Assembly (NCBI GenBank): GCA_019424925.1
Contig: JAHYYO010000002.1
Span: 8,918-72,917 of the forward strand
Length of the DNA stretch: 64,000 nucleotides
Source of the DNA: Collinsella sp.
Lineage (GTDB): Bacteria > Actinomycetota > Coriobacteriia > Coriobacteriales > Coriobacteriaceae
Direction: 5' to 3'
Of this stretch, positions 8,971 through 18,486 are shown one piece after another; the first letter of the stretch is position 1, and each line of letters starts with the position of its first letter. The translations under genes and the position numbers were made by a program. The notes under the pieces are model-generated. The model was not told the origin of the DNA and did not search any database. It worked only from the letters and a program-made list of their open reading frames with translations.

Positions 8971-11217
8971 TTAGAAGTTGGCGTCGTTGAACTGGTTGCT
9001 CTCGAGTCCGTCGAGTTGCTGTTCGGGCGTATCGGCGACGCTCTCGAGCAGCTCGGTGGGATCGACGTTCATGCTCTTGCCGGCCTCGTTGCCGTTGACC
9101 AAGTCGTCCGAGAAGATGTCGACCTCCATTTCCTCGGCCTCTTCGATCTGAACCTCGAGCGGCACCTGGGTGCGCACAAGTTTGACGGCCGGGCGCATGC
9201 GAGCAAAGAGCGGTACGTACTCAATGATGATGGCCGCGTTCTCGAGACCGTACCAGCGTGCCGGGCTTCCGCAGGCGCGGCGGACGGCGTACTTGATGGC
9301 CATCACGCGGTGGTCATTGCGGTTGATGTCCGTTTCGGGGGCAAGCATCTTGCGCAGCATGCAAAAGCGGAAGTCACCTACGTTGCCGCGCGTCTCGTAG
9401 ATGGAGTAGGTGTGATGTTGCGGCGGCAGCTCGCCCGATGCCATCAGGTCGCCGACGATCTGACGCAGATAGGCGTTGACGCGCTGGTTGACCTTAAAGC
9501 CCAGGTCCAGGCGCACGCGGAACAAAAAGTCCGTGCCAAAGGTCTCGACGGAATACTCGTGCGTATAGGGTTCGTCGGTAACGTGCACGTTGATGAACCA
9601 ATATGCCTTGGCGCGCTTGGGGTGCTTGTCCAGGATGGAATAGAGCACGTCGCGGTCGAGTGTGAGCGGGTCGGGGCTGTTGGTGAGGAACACCAGATTG
9701 TCGGCGAGCACGGGGTAGGTCTCGTCGTTGCGCAGGCGGTTGAGCTGATCGATGTACTTGGAGACGGGCAGCAGGATCGTCTGCGTGCGCTCGATGGCGG
9801 TGCCGCGACGCCACACATACATAAGGCCAAACAGCAGTGCGGCCAAGAAGATCATCACATAGCCGCCGTCAAAGAACATGGTGAGGCACGAGGCGAAAAA
9901 GCACAGCTCAATGGCGCCGAAGAGCAGGGCGAAGACGCAGGCGCCCAGCTTGTGCTTGAGAATGCCGGCGATATAGCTCGTCAAAAGCGTGGTGGTCATA
10001 AGCATGGTCACGGTAATGGCGAGGCCGTAGGCACTCTCCATGCGCTCGGAGTTTTGGAACAGCAGCACGATGAAGATGCAGCCGACCCACATGATGTTAT
10101 TGACGAGTGGAATATAGAGCTGGCCCTTGGTGTCGCTGGGGTAGTGGATGCGCAGGTGCGGCATAAGGTTGAGGCGCGTTGCCTCGGATACCAGCGAGAA
10201 CGAGCCGGTGATGAGCGCCTGTGAGGCGATGATGGCCGCCACGGCCGAAAGCACGATGGCAAAGGGGCGCAGGGGCTCGGGGAGCATCATATAGAACGGG
10301 TTGACGATATCCATCGCGAGCATCTGGGGGTTGGAGTTATTGGCGAGTAGCCAAGCTCCCTGACCCAGATAGTTGAGGATAAGGGCCGCCTTAACAAATG
10401 GCCAGGATGCATAGATGTTTGCCTTGCCCACGTGGCCCATGTCCGAGTAGAGTGCCTCGGCACCGGTTGTCGACAGGAAGACAAAGCCGAGCACCATAAT
10501 GCCCGAATGGTTGATGGGCGAGAACAGGAACATAATGCCGCGGATGGGGTTGAGCGCGCGCAAGATGGACAGGTTGCCGAGCATGTTGAACAGACCGGCG
10601 CCTGCCAGGAACAGGAACCACAGCGTCATGAGCGGGCCGAACAGCTTGCCGATTGACGAGGTGCCGGCGCGCTGCATGGCAAATAGGCCGCAGATAATGA
10701 TGATGGTGATGATGATGACGTTGGTCTGCCCGTCGCCCAGCAGCGCATGGCCCCATTCGATGGTGCGCAGACCCTCGATGGCTGTGGTGACCGTGACGGC
10801 GGGGGTGAGGATGCCGTCGGCAAGCAGTGCCGCACCGCCGATCATGGCGGGCAGAATCAGCCATGGTGCCACCTTGCGTACGAGGCTGAACAGGGCGAAG
10901 ATGCCGCCTTCGTTGTGGTTGTCGGCCTTCATGGCGATTACCACGTACTTGACCGTGGTCACGAGCGTCATGGTCCAGATGACGAGCGAAAGCGCGCCCA
11001 GGATCATGTCCTCGCTGACGGTACCGATGCCGCCGTTGTTGGCGACGATTGATTTCATGGTGTACATGGGGCTCGTGCCGATGTCGCCATAGACGACGCC
11101 GAGCGTTACGAGCAGCATGCCAGCGGAGAGGGGGATGGCTCCGTGCCCGCCTTGCCCGCGCTGGTCTTGGAGGTTTGCCTCCAGTTTGTTGTGTGCCACG
11201 AGGACTCCCTTAGACAT
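8971..11217 (-). CDS. kup: KUP/HAK/KT potassium transporter
   Basis: LGVVYGDIGTSPMY, EGGIFAL, GAEALYSDMGH, AIIASQALI. Confidence 0.93.
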   Translation of the reverse strand: MSKGVLVAHNKLEANLQDQRGQGGHGAIPLSAGMLLVTLGVVYGDIGTSPMYTMKSIVANNGGIGTVSEDMILGALSLVIWTMTLVTTVKYVVIAMKADNHNEGGIFALFSLVRKVAPWLILPAMIGGAALLADGILTPAVTVTTAIEGLRTIEWGHALLGDGQTNVIIITIIIICGLFAMQRAGTSSIGKLFGPLMTLWFLFLAGAGLFNMLGNLSILRALNPIRGIMFLFSPINHSGIMVLGFVFLSTTGAEALYSDMGHVGKANIYASWPFVKAALILNYLGQGAWLLANNSNPQMLAMDIVNPFYMMLPEPLRPFAIVLSAVAAIIASQALITGSFSLVSEATRLNLMPHLRIHYPSDTKGQLYIPLVNNIMWVGCIFIVLLFQNSERMESAYGLAITVTMLMTTTLLTSYIAGILKHKLGACVFALLFGAIELCFFASCLTMFFDGGYVMIFLAALLFGLMYVWRRGTAIERTQTILLPVSKYIDQLNRLRNDETYPVLADNLVFLTNSPDPLTLDRDVLYSILDKHPKRAKAYWFINVHVTDEPYTHEYSVETFGTDFLFRVRLDLGFKVNQRVNAYLRQIVGDLMASGELPPQHHTYSIYETRGNVGDFRFCMLRKMLAPETDINRNDHRVMAIKYAVRRACGSPARWYGLENAAIIIEYVPLFARMRPAVKLVRTQVPLEVQIEEAEEMEVDIFSDDLVNGNEAGKSMNVDPTELLESVADTPEQQLDGLESNQFNDANF

Positions 11218-11356
11218 CCGGTTATCTGTCTAGGACAAAAAACTTTATGCCGTCTTTATACATACAAGAGCAGTTTGGCACATCGGGTTATTTTAGACAA
11301 TAATCCTCAGCTGGGGATTATTTATCTACGCAGGTAGCATTTCAAAGCAGGGGCTT

Positions 11357-12268
11357 TTAAGCACGTGCTATCTGGGCGATGCCAGCCTTGGCGTTTGCGC
11401 GTTTGCCGGCGAGTTCGCAAAAAATCGCGCCGCCGATGATAAGCGCGGCGCCCATCAGGCGGACCGGTGTTATGGCTTCACCCAAAAGGGCGGCTGAGAA
11501 CACGACCGCCGAAAGCGGCTCGAGGTAGCCGACGACGGCGACGGTCTGAACGGGCAGCTTGGCGACGGCGCTAAAGTAGAGCAGGCAACCAATGCCGGTG
11601 TTGACGACGCCGAGCATAGCGACGGCGCGCCAATCAATGCTGGCGGCGACGCCGGCGGACAGGAACGAGGGAGCGCCCTGCGTGATGAGCGTGAGGGCCA
11701 GTGCGGTCACAAAGGCGGCGCTCACTTGGAGTGCGGAGTTCTCGAGGCCCTCGATGTGAGGCGCACCCTTGCTGGCGATGACCATCAATGCATAGCAGAA
11801 GGCCGAGGCGATTCCACAGACGATGCCCGCAATGGGCATATTGCCGCCTAGACCTTGCGCTGCAATGAGAAAAGCACCGCAGGCGACGGCGATAAAGCCG
11901 GCGATTTTGCTGCCGGTCAGCTTTTCGCCAAAAATGAGCGGGGAGAGGGCCATAACGATGATGGGGCCGCAGTAGTACAGCAGCGAGGATACGCCGACGC
12001 CGATCGTCTGGTAGGCGCGGAACAGAAAAATCCAGCTGGCGCCCAGCGCGGCGCCCGAGACGATGAGCGCTGCGGCCTCGCGGGGGCGAGACGGAGCCTG
12101 CAGGTTATGGCGCTTGGTTATGAAGAGGACGGCGGCAAGGGTGAGAGCGCCCAAAAACGTGCGCAACAGTACGATATCGGAGCTCGGCAGCGCGATGGCA
12201 GCGGCGATGATGCCGTTGGAGCCAAACAATAGCAATGCTGCTAAGTACGTAAACAATCCGTTGTTCAT
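11357..12268 (-). CDS. EamA/DMT-family transporter
   Basis: About 10 hydrophobic helices in two EamA repeats; YLEPLSAVVFSAALLGE. Confidence 0.85.
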   Translation of the reverse strand: MNNGLFTYLAALLLFGSNGIIAAAIALPSSDIVLLRTFLGALTLAAVLFITKRHNLQAPSRPREAAALIVSGAALGASWIFLFRAYQTIGVGVSSLLYYCGPIIVMALSPLIFGEKLTGSKIAGFIAVACGAFLIAAQGLGGNMPIAGIVCGIASAFCYALMVIASKGAPHIEGLENSALQVSAAFVTALALTLITQGAPSFLSAGVAASIDWRAVAMLGVVNTGIGCLLYFSAVAKLPVQTVAVVGYLEPLSAVVFSAALLGEAITPVRLMGAALIIGGAIFCELAGKRANAKAGIAQIARA

Positions 12269-12350
12269 GTGCTGACATCCCCTCTATATCCGAGCATGTT
12301 CACTATGGGTGAACTGGCTTTAGAAGAAAAGCGAATATAATGCATGGATA

Positions 12351-12369
12351 ACATGACAAAAACTCATGT
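12351..12369. promoter_or_regulatory. LysR T-N11-A operator
   Basis: ACATGA-caaaaac-TCATGT palindrome between the divergent EamA and LysR genes. Confidence 0.6.
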
Positions 12370-12386
12370 AAAGGTGGAGGGGTGCC

Positions 12387-13244
12387 GTGGAAACGAATAT
12401 TCAAAAGATGCAGGTGCTGCTCGAGACGGTGCGGGCCGGCAGTTTTACGCGCGCCGCCGAGCGGCTGAGCTATTCGCAGTCGGGCGTGAGCCGCATGGTG
12501 GGCGACCTTGAGACCGATTGGGGTTTTAAGGTGCTCGACCGCAGCCGCGAGGGTGTGGTGCTTTCTGCCGATGGGCGGCAGATCATGCCGGCGGTTGAGG
12601 CGCTCTGCGAGGAGTTTGGCCGCCTGCAGCGACATGTGGACGAGATGCGTGGGCTCATGCGCGGCAAGATCTGCATTGGTACGTTTTCGAGTGTGGCGAC
12701 CCATGTACTGCCGCCGGTGATTGCGCGCTTTCGCGCCGATCATCCGGATGTCGATTACGAGCTGCTGATGGGTGATTACTCCGAGATTGAGCAATGGGTG
12801 GTGGAAGGCCGCTGCGACCTGGGCTTTATTCCGCGCGAGCCACGTGGCGCCGGCATGGCGTCGCGACCGTTGGTGCAAGACGAGTTGATGGCCGTGGTGC
12901 CAGCGGACTCCTCGCTTGCCACGGCGGAGGTCGTTTCTCTTGCCGATTTAGCCAACGAGCAGTTTATTCTGCTGGAACGGGGTACCGATGATGAGATTAC
13001 GCCGCTATTCCGTCGGGCGGGGCTGTCAGTGCGCTCAAAACTGTCGACTTGGGATGACTATGCGATTATGGCTATGGTCGAGGATGGCTTGGGCGTGAGC
13101 ATTCTTCCCGCGCTCATCTTGCGTCGCTGCCAGTTTGATGTTGCTGTGCGTCCGCTCGAAGGGCATCCCCATCGGCAGATCAACGCCATATATCGAACGG
13201 CCGATGTTTCGCTTGCCGCCGCTCGTTTCCTCGAATACCTCTAA
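12387..13244 (+). CDS. LysR-family regulator
   Basis: GSFTRAAERLSYSQSGVSR HTH plus substrate-binding domain; divergent from EamA. Confidence 0.9.
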   Translation: METNIQKMQVLLETVRAGSFTRAAERLSYSQSGVSRMVGDLETDWGFKVLDRSREGVVLSADGRQIMPAVEALCEEFGRLQRHVDEMRGLMRGKICIGTFSSVATHVLPPVIARFRADHPDVDYELLMGDYSEIEQWVVEGRCDLGFIPREPRGAGMASRPLVQDELMAVVPADSSLATAEVVSLADLANEQFILLERGTDDEITPLFRRAGLSVRSKLSTWDDYAIMAMVEDGLGVSILPALILRRCQFDVAVRPLEGHPHRQINAIYRTADVSLAAARFLEYL

Positions 13245-13303
13245 ATGCGTGCACGTCGTTATCGCCTTGGGATAAATTTCGAGGTCTTGCTCATTTTATT
13301 TTT

Positions 13304-13387
13304 AAAATTGAACTTTTCGAAATAGCACGGCGTTATACTGCTGCCTAAATTGAACTCAGGTTCAATTCGTGTTGTATAAATTGAACT
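13304..13387. promoter_or_regulatory. Repeated AATTGAAC operator array around a TATACT -10 box
   Basis: AATTGAAC-tcag-GTTCAATT palindrome at 13348-13367, with half-sites near 13305 and 13378; TATACT at 13334. Confidence 0.6.
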
Positions 13388-13407
13388 TTGCCAGCAAGGA
13401 GGTTCTA

Positions 13408-14928
13408 GTGGCCCAAGAGACGTTTAGCGATCGTCTGCGACAGGCTATGTCCGATCGCGACGTTCGCCAGTCGGACGTGATCCGCGCATCGGAGATGCTC
13501 GGCAAAAAACTCGGCAAGAGCCAGATGAGCCAATATGTGAGCGGCAAGACGATTCCGCGGCGCGATGTGGCAGAGCTGCTCGCCCGTATTTTGGAGGTCG
13601 ATGTTACCTGGCTGCTCGCCGGTGACGCCGACCAAGGCGAGGAATCATCTCCCCGCAACGATTCCAGGCCCGAATCCCATCCCTCAGCTCAAATTGCAAG
13701 GAGCACCACCATGCGTACTTTTTCTAAATCCGCCAAGCTCGATAACGTCCTGTATGACGTGCGCGGTCCCGTCGTCGACGAGGCCGCCCGTATGGAGGAC
13801 GAGGGCGAGCGCATCCTCAAGCTCAATATCGGCAACCCGGCGCCCTTCGGTTTCCGCACGCCCGATGAGGTCATCAAGGACATGCGCCAGCAGCTGCCCG
13901 ACTGCGAAGGCTATTCCAACTCGCGTGGCCTGTTCTCCGCGCGCAAGGCGATCATGCAGTATTCGCAGATCAAGGGCTTGCCCAACGTTCAGATGGAGCA
14001 TATCTACACGGGCAACGGCGTGTCCGAGCTCATTCAGCTTTCGATGAACGCGCTGCTCGACAATGGCGACGAGATTCTGATCCCCAGCCCCGACTATCCG
14101 CTCTGGACGGCGTGCGCAACCCTTGCCGGCGGTCATCCCGTGCACTATCTGTGCGATGAGCAGGCGGATTGGTATCCCGACCTGGAGGATATGGAGTCCA
14201 AGATCACGAGCGCGACCAAAGCCCTCGTCATCATCAACCCCAACAACCCCACGGGTTCCGTCTATCCACGCGAGGTGCTCGAGGGCATCGTCGAGGTTGC
14301 ACGCAGGCATCAGCTGATGATCTTTGCTGATGAGATCTACGACCGCCTGTGCATGGACGGCTACGAGCACGTCTCGATTGCCTCGCTCGCTCCCGATCTG
14401 CCCTGCGTCACCTTTAGCGGTCTGTCCAAGTCGCACATGATCGCGGGCTATCGTATTGGCTGGATGGTGCTTTCGGGCAACCAGCGCTGCATGAGCGACT
14501 TCATCATGGGCATCAACATGCTCTCCAACATGCGTCTGTGCTCCAACGTGCCGGCTCAGTCGATCGTCCAGACGGCGCTCGGCGGCCATCAGTCGGTCAA
14601 CGACTATATCCGCCCGGGCGGTCGTGTCTACGAGCAGCGCAACTTTGTGTATGAGGCGCTCAACAAGATTGACGGCATCTCGGTGGTTAAGCCGCGTGCG
14701 GCGTTCTACATCTTCCCCAAGATGGATGTGAAGAAGTTCAACATTACCGATGACGAGCAGTTCGCCCTTGACCTGCTGCACGAGAAGAAGATCCTGATCA
14801 CGCGCGGCGGCGGCTTCAACTGGGCTGAGCCCGACCACTTCCGTATCGTGTACCTGCCGCGCATGGAAGTACTCAAAGAGTCCCTCGAAGACCTCGCCGA
14901 CTTCTTCGACCATTACCGTCAGAGCTAG
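13408..14928 (+). CDS. XRE-HTH fused to AlaA-type PLP-dependent aminotransferase (class I/II)
   Basis: FSDRLRQAM...KSQMSQYVSGKTIP HTH; LNIGNPA, INPNNPTG, DEIY, GLSKSH (PLP Lys), GYRIGW; AAGGAGG RBS before GTG 13408. Confidence 0.88.
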   Translation: MAQETFSDRLRQAMSDRDVRQSDVIRASEMLGKKLGKSQMSQYVSGKTIPRRDVAELLARILEVDVTWLLAGDADQGEESSPRNDSRPESHPSAQIARSTTMRTFSKSAKLDNVLYDVRGPVVDEAARMEDEGERILKLNIGNPAPFGFRTPDEVIKDMRQQLPDCEGYSNSRGLFSARKAIMQYSQIKGLPNVQMEHIYTGNGVSELIQLSMNALLDNGDEILIPSPDYPLWTACATLAGGHPVHYLCDEQADWYPDLEDMESKITSATKALVIINPNNPTGSVYPREVLEGIVEVARRHQLMIFADEIYDRLCMDGYEHVSIASLAPDLPCVTFSGLSKSHMIAGYRIGWMVLSGNQRCMSDFIMGINMLSNMRLCSNVPAQSIVQTALGGHQSVNDYIRPGGRVYEQRNFVYEALNKIDGISVVKPRAAFYIFPKMDVKKFNITDDEQFALDLLHEKKILITRGGGFNWAEPDHFRIVYLPRMEVLKESLEDLADFFDHYRQS

Positions 14929-15003
14929 TGGGATAGAAGCTCCGCACTATGAAAAGCTCCCTGCAGTTGTTTTGCTGCAGGGAGCTTTCTTGAATCGGCG
15001 GAA

Positions 15004-15414
15004 CTATATAACAATCCCGTTGCAGTGGTCGATTTCGTGTTGGATGATCTCGGCGGTGTAGCCCGAGAAGTTCTTGATGCGGTGGACGAAGTTCTCGTCC
15101 AGATATTCCACCTTAATGCGACGATAACGAGTGCAGGGACGCTCGCCGACGAGAGAAAGACATCCTTCGCTCGTCTGGTAGGCATTGACCTGCTCAAGAA
15201 TTTGCGGGTTGTACATAAGCAGCGACTTGCTGCCGTCCTTTACGCAGATGATGCGTTTGCGCACACCGATCATGTTGGCGGCGAGGCCCACGCACTCGTG
15301 CTCATGCTCGTGGAGCGTATCCAGAAGATCCTGTCCGGTCGCGGCATCTTCTGGGCCGGCGTTTTCGGAAGGCAGGCGCAAAAAGAACTCGGATTTCATG
15401 ATGGGCTTAATCAT
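15004..15414 (-). CDS. def: Short peptide deformylase homologue (variant motif 1)
   Basis: CVGLAANM, EGCLS, QHEIDH; 136 aa. Confidence 0.8.
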   Translation of the reverse strand: MIKPIMKSEFFLRLPSENAGPEDAATGQDLLDTLHEHEHECVGLAANMIGVRKRIICVKDGSKSLLMYNPQILEQVNAYQTSEGCLSLVGERPCTRYRRIKVEYLDENFVHRIKNFSGYTAEIIQHEIDHCNGIVI

Positions 15415-15628
15415 GGCGGGCTCCTTAGGGTGGACACGTTTGGTTCAGGCCATGATACCGCGACATGTCGCATTAATGTGTGCACATAGATTCTGCAGCT
15501 AGATTGGCGGGCGACACCATAAACTAATGGGCGTTTTGCCGAGAGGCATGAATGTTTAAAGCGCAAAGAGTGCGCGACGGGCCCCGCGAATGGGGCGATG
15601 ATGCCCGAGAGGGCCAAGAAGGAGTCTC

Positions 15629-16540
15629 ATGTCCGAGAACGAAGAGATCATGAACGAGACCGAGAACGAGACCATGGCTGCCGAGGTAGAGGCAGTCGAG
15701 ACCGTGGAGACCGAAGCTGCCGAGGTTGAGGCTGCTGACGAGGTTTCCGCCGAGGAGGAGGCCGAGGTTGTCGAGGCCGCCGTTGATTACGATGACGAAG
15801 AGCTGATGGACAAGATGCAGAAGGCCGCCCGTCTGCTGCGTAGCCGTCGCTTTGCTATTTCCAAGGAGGAGGAGGCCAAGGCCGAGCGCATGGCGAACAT
15901 CGAGCGCGCCATCAAGCTTCTTGACCTCAAGCCCAAGATGGAGCAGAAGGAAATGTCCGACCTGTTGGGCATGCGCCTTCGTGAGCTCGATGGCCTGATG
16001 GCCGAGGCCGAGGCTGCCGATCTGGTTGGCCGCATCGACGACGCCGAGGGCGATATGCGCAAGATCGTTGTCTTCGCTGCCGAGGATGCCGCTGAGGGCC
16101 TGGTCGAGCTTGCCAACAAGAAGGAGAAGCTCCTGCCCGAGCTTTCTTACGAGGAGGCCACCGAGCTGATGGCCGCTCTCGATAAGGTCATCGCTCCGCT
16201 CGTCGCCATGGGCCTGGACGAGGACCGCGGTCCTCGCGGCGGTCGTGACGATCGCGGTGGCCGTGGCGGCGACCGTGGCGGTCGCGGCGGCTTTGGCGAT
16301 CGCGGTGGCCGTGGTGGTGACCGCGGCGGTCGCGGTGGCGATCGCGGTGGCCGTGGCGGCTTTGGTGACCGTGGCGGCGACCGCGGCGGTCGCGGCGGCT
16401 TTGGCGGCAACCGTGGTGGCTATGGCGATCGCGGTGGCAACCGTGGCGGCTTTGGCGGCAACCGTGGTAACGACCGCGGCGGCCGTGGTGGCGATCGTGG
16501 CGGCCGCAACGGCGGCGGCTTCCGCGGCAACCGCTTCTAG
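15629..16540 (+). CDS. Protein with acidic N-terminus, degenerate MarR-like winged helix and RGG-repeat tail
   Basis: E-rich first ~58 aa; MEQKEMSDLLGMR...LVGRIDDAEGDMRKIVV resembles MarR wHTH; about 100 aa of RGG/GGF repeats; AAGGAG RBS. Confidence 0.7.
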   Translation: MSENEEIMNETENETMAAEVEAVETVETEAAEVEAADEVSAEEEAEVVEAAVDYDDEELMDKMQKAARLLRSRRFAISKEEEAKAERMANIERAIKLLDLKPKMEQKEMSDLLGMRLRELDGLMAEAEAADLVGRIDDAEGDMRKIVVFAAEDAAEGLVELANKKEKLLPELSYEEATELMAALDKVIAPLVAMGLDEDRGPRGGRDDRGGRGGDRGGRGGFGDRGGRGGDRGGRGGDRGGRGGFGDRGGDRGGRGGFGGNRGGYGDRGGNRGGFGGNRGNDRGGRGGDRGGRNGGGFRGNRF

Positions 16541-16544
16541 TTGG

Positions 16545-16821
16545 GTTACGCGGTTCTACGAACCGCGTAACTAGTTGACGCTGCAAACCCGTCAGAGCGG
16601 CAATCTGCCTTTCAGCTTCGGCGGCATGACCAAAAGGTCAATGCCGCCTCGCTTCAAGGCACCTTGCTCGCTCTGGCGGGTTTTCGCTGTCGGTACCAAA
16701 ACATCGGTGTTGTCGAAGTAGTCATTGGGGACGTTCTTAAATGACTACATAGCATGAGAGTGGATAATCTCCCGGTTTGAGCCTGCATCCAAGCTTAAAG
16801 TGGGAGATTATCCACTCTCAT
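16545..16821. repeat. Cluster of four distinct palindromic elements between convergent genes
   Basis: Hairpins at 16545-16571, 16585-16683, 16718-16748 and a perfect 20-bp inverted repeat at 16754-16821. Confidence 0.8.
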
Positions 16822-16842
16822 TTCGTTTGTTGATTTCGATAC

Positions 16843-17430
16843 CTACATTTGTAGGAACAGTTCGTGGAGGCGGGTGTCTTCGTCGAGTTCGGGGTGGAAG
16901 GTTACGCCGAGCTGGTTGCCCTGGCGGGCGGCGACGATGCGGCCGTCGACTTTCGCTAAGGCCTTGGCATTGCCGTGCACTTCGACGATGCGGGGTGCAC
17001 GGATAAATGTTAATGGCACTTCACCGTCGATGCCGGACACCTGGCCCTTGGTGCGAAAACTGCCGAGCTGTCTGCCATAAGCGTTGCGCTCAACGAGTAC
17101 GTTCATGGTTGCCAAACGCGGCGTGCCCTTATCGTCGTGGGCGGCAAGGTCGTGAGCCAGTAGAATCAGGCCGGCGCAGGTGCCCAGGACGGGCATGCCT
17201 TCAGCGATACGGGCACGAAGCTCCTCGAGCATGCCCAACTCATCAAGCAGCTTCCCTTGAACGGTAGACTCGCCGCCGGGAAGTACCAGACGGTCAAAGT
17301 CCTGCTTCAAATCAGCCGCCTGTCTCAGCTCAATACAACGTGCGCCCAACTCGGATAGCCTTGCCTCGTGCTCGGCAAAAGCGCCTTGGACCGCCAGCAC
17401 GGCGACCGTTTGGTCTGCATAATCGCTCAT
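16843..17430 (-). CDS. pdxT: PLP synthase glutaminase subunit
   Basis: LAVQGAFAEH, LPGGEST, GTCAGLI, FIRAP, FHPEL. Confidence 0.95.
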   Translation of the reverse strand: MSDYADQTVAVLAVQGAFAEHEARLSELGARCIELRQAADLKQDFDRLVLPGGESTVQGKLLDELGMLEELRARIAEGMPVLGTCAGLILLAHDLAAHDDKGTPRLATMNVLVERNAYGRQLGSFRTKGQVSGIDGEVPLTFIRAPRIVEVHGNAKALAKVDGRIVAARQGNQLGVTFHPELDEDTRLHELFLQM

Positions 17431-17450
17431 GTGCGATCCTTTCTGCTGGA

Positions 17451-18341
17451 CTAGCGTCCGCGCTCCTCCATGATGATCTCGATCTCGTCGGCGTTGATGC
17501 CGACCATGGCCTCGCCCAGGTCCTCCGAAAGCTCGGCGATGAGTTTGGCATCGGTGAAGTTTGCCACGGCCTTGACGATGGCGGCGGCGCGCTTGGCGGG
17601 GTCGCCGCTCTTAAAGATGCCCGAGCCGACAAAGACGCCCTCGGCACCCAGCTGCATCATCAGCGCGGCGTCGGCGGGGGTCGCGACTCCGCCGGCGGCA
17701 AAGTTCACGACGGGAAGCTTACCCGTGGCATGGACCTCGCGCACCAGCTCGACCGGAACCTGCAGTTGCTTGGCTGCCTCAAAGAGCTCATCGTCGCGCA
17801 GGGCAACTACGTCGCGGATCTGCTTTTGGATCTTGCGCATGTGACGCACGGCCTGAACGACGTCGCCCGTACCCGGCTCACCCTTGGTGCGAATCATCGT
17901 GGCGCCTTCGGCAACACGGCGCAGCGCCTCGCCCAGATCACGGGCGCCGCAGATAAACGGCACGTCAAACTGGGTCTTGTCGATGTGATAGACGTCATCG
18001 GCAGGGGAGAGAACCTCGGACTCGTCGATGTAATCGATCTCGATGGCTTGCAGGACCTGCGCCTCGACGATGTGACCGATGCGGCACTTGGCCATGACGG
18101 GGATGGAGACGGCCTCCTGGATGCCCTTGATCATCTTGGGGTCGCTCATGCGCGAGACGCCGCCTGCGGCGCGGATGTCGGCCGGGATGCGCTCGAGCGC
18201 CATGACGGCGCAGGCGCCCGCCTCCTCGGCGATGCGTGCTTGCTCGGGCGTGGTGACGTCCATGATGACGCCGCCCTTGAGCATCTGCGCGAGCTCGCGA
18301 TTGAGTTTGACGCGATCGGCCTTGCTGGTCTGTTCTGCCAT
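17451..18341 (-). CDS. pdxS: PLP synthase lyase subunit
   Basis: [43 protein letters not shown]. Confidence 0.96.
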   Translation of the reverse strand: MAEQTSKADRVKLNRELAQMLKGGVIMDVTTPEQARIAEEAGACAVMALERIPADIRAAGGVSRMSDPKMIKGIQEAVSIPVMAKCRIGHIVEAQVLQAIEIDYIDESEVLSPADDVYHIDKTQFDVPFICGARDLGEALRRVAEGATMIRTKGEPGTGDVVQAVRHMRKIQKQIRDVVALRDDELFEAAKQLQVPVELVREVHATGKLPVVNFAAGGVATPADAALMMQLGAEGVFVGSGIFKSGDPAKRAAAIVKAVANFTDAKLIAELSEDLGEAMVGINADEIEIIMEERGR

Positions 18342-18431
18342 GGTTGCTCCCTTGGTTGGCATGTACATTGCTTGACGGAACATCCTATCGGGGAGCTGGG
18401 TATGGCGAAATACTCAGTTTTCGAGATAATA

Positions 18432-18475
18432 ACAAGGTCAGACTAATGCCAGATTGAATGACTCGACAAGGTCAG
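18432..18475. promoter_or_regulatory. Direct repeats, putative PdxR sites
   Basis: ACAAGGTCAG at 18432 and 18466 in the pdxS/pdxR intergenic region. Confidence 0.55.
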
Positions 18476-18486
18476 GTGACAAACTC

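Noticed and set aside
11218..11356. c-di-AMP (ydaO) riboswitch upstream of kup
   Set aside because: No matching conserved motifs; the region is short and AT-rich.
16225..16537. GC-rich tandem DNA repeat or Pro/Arg-rich antisense ORFs
   Set aside because: Synonymous third-position variation shows the repeat is maintained at protein level (RGG) on the plus strand.
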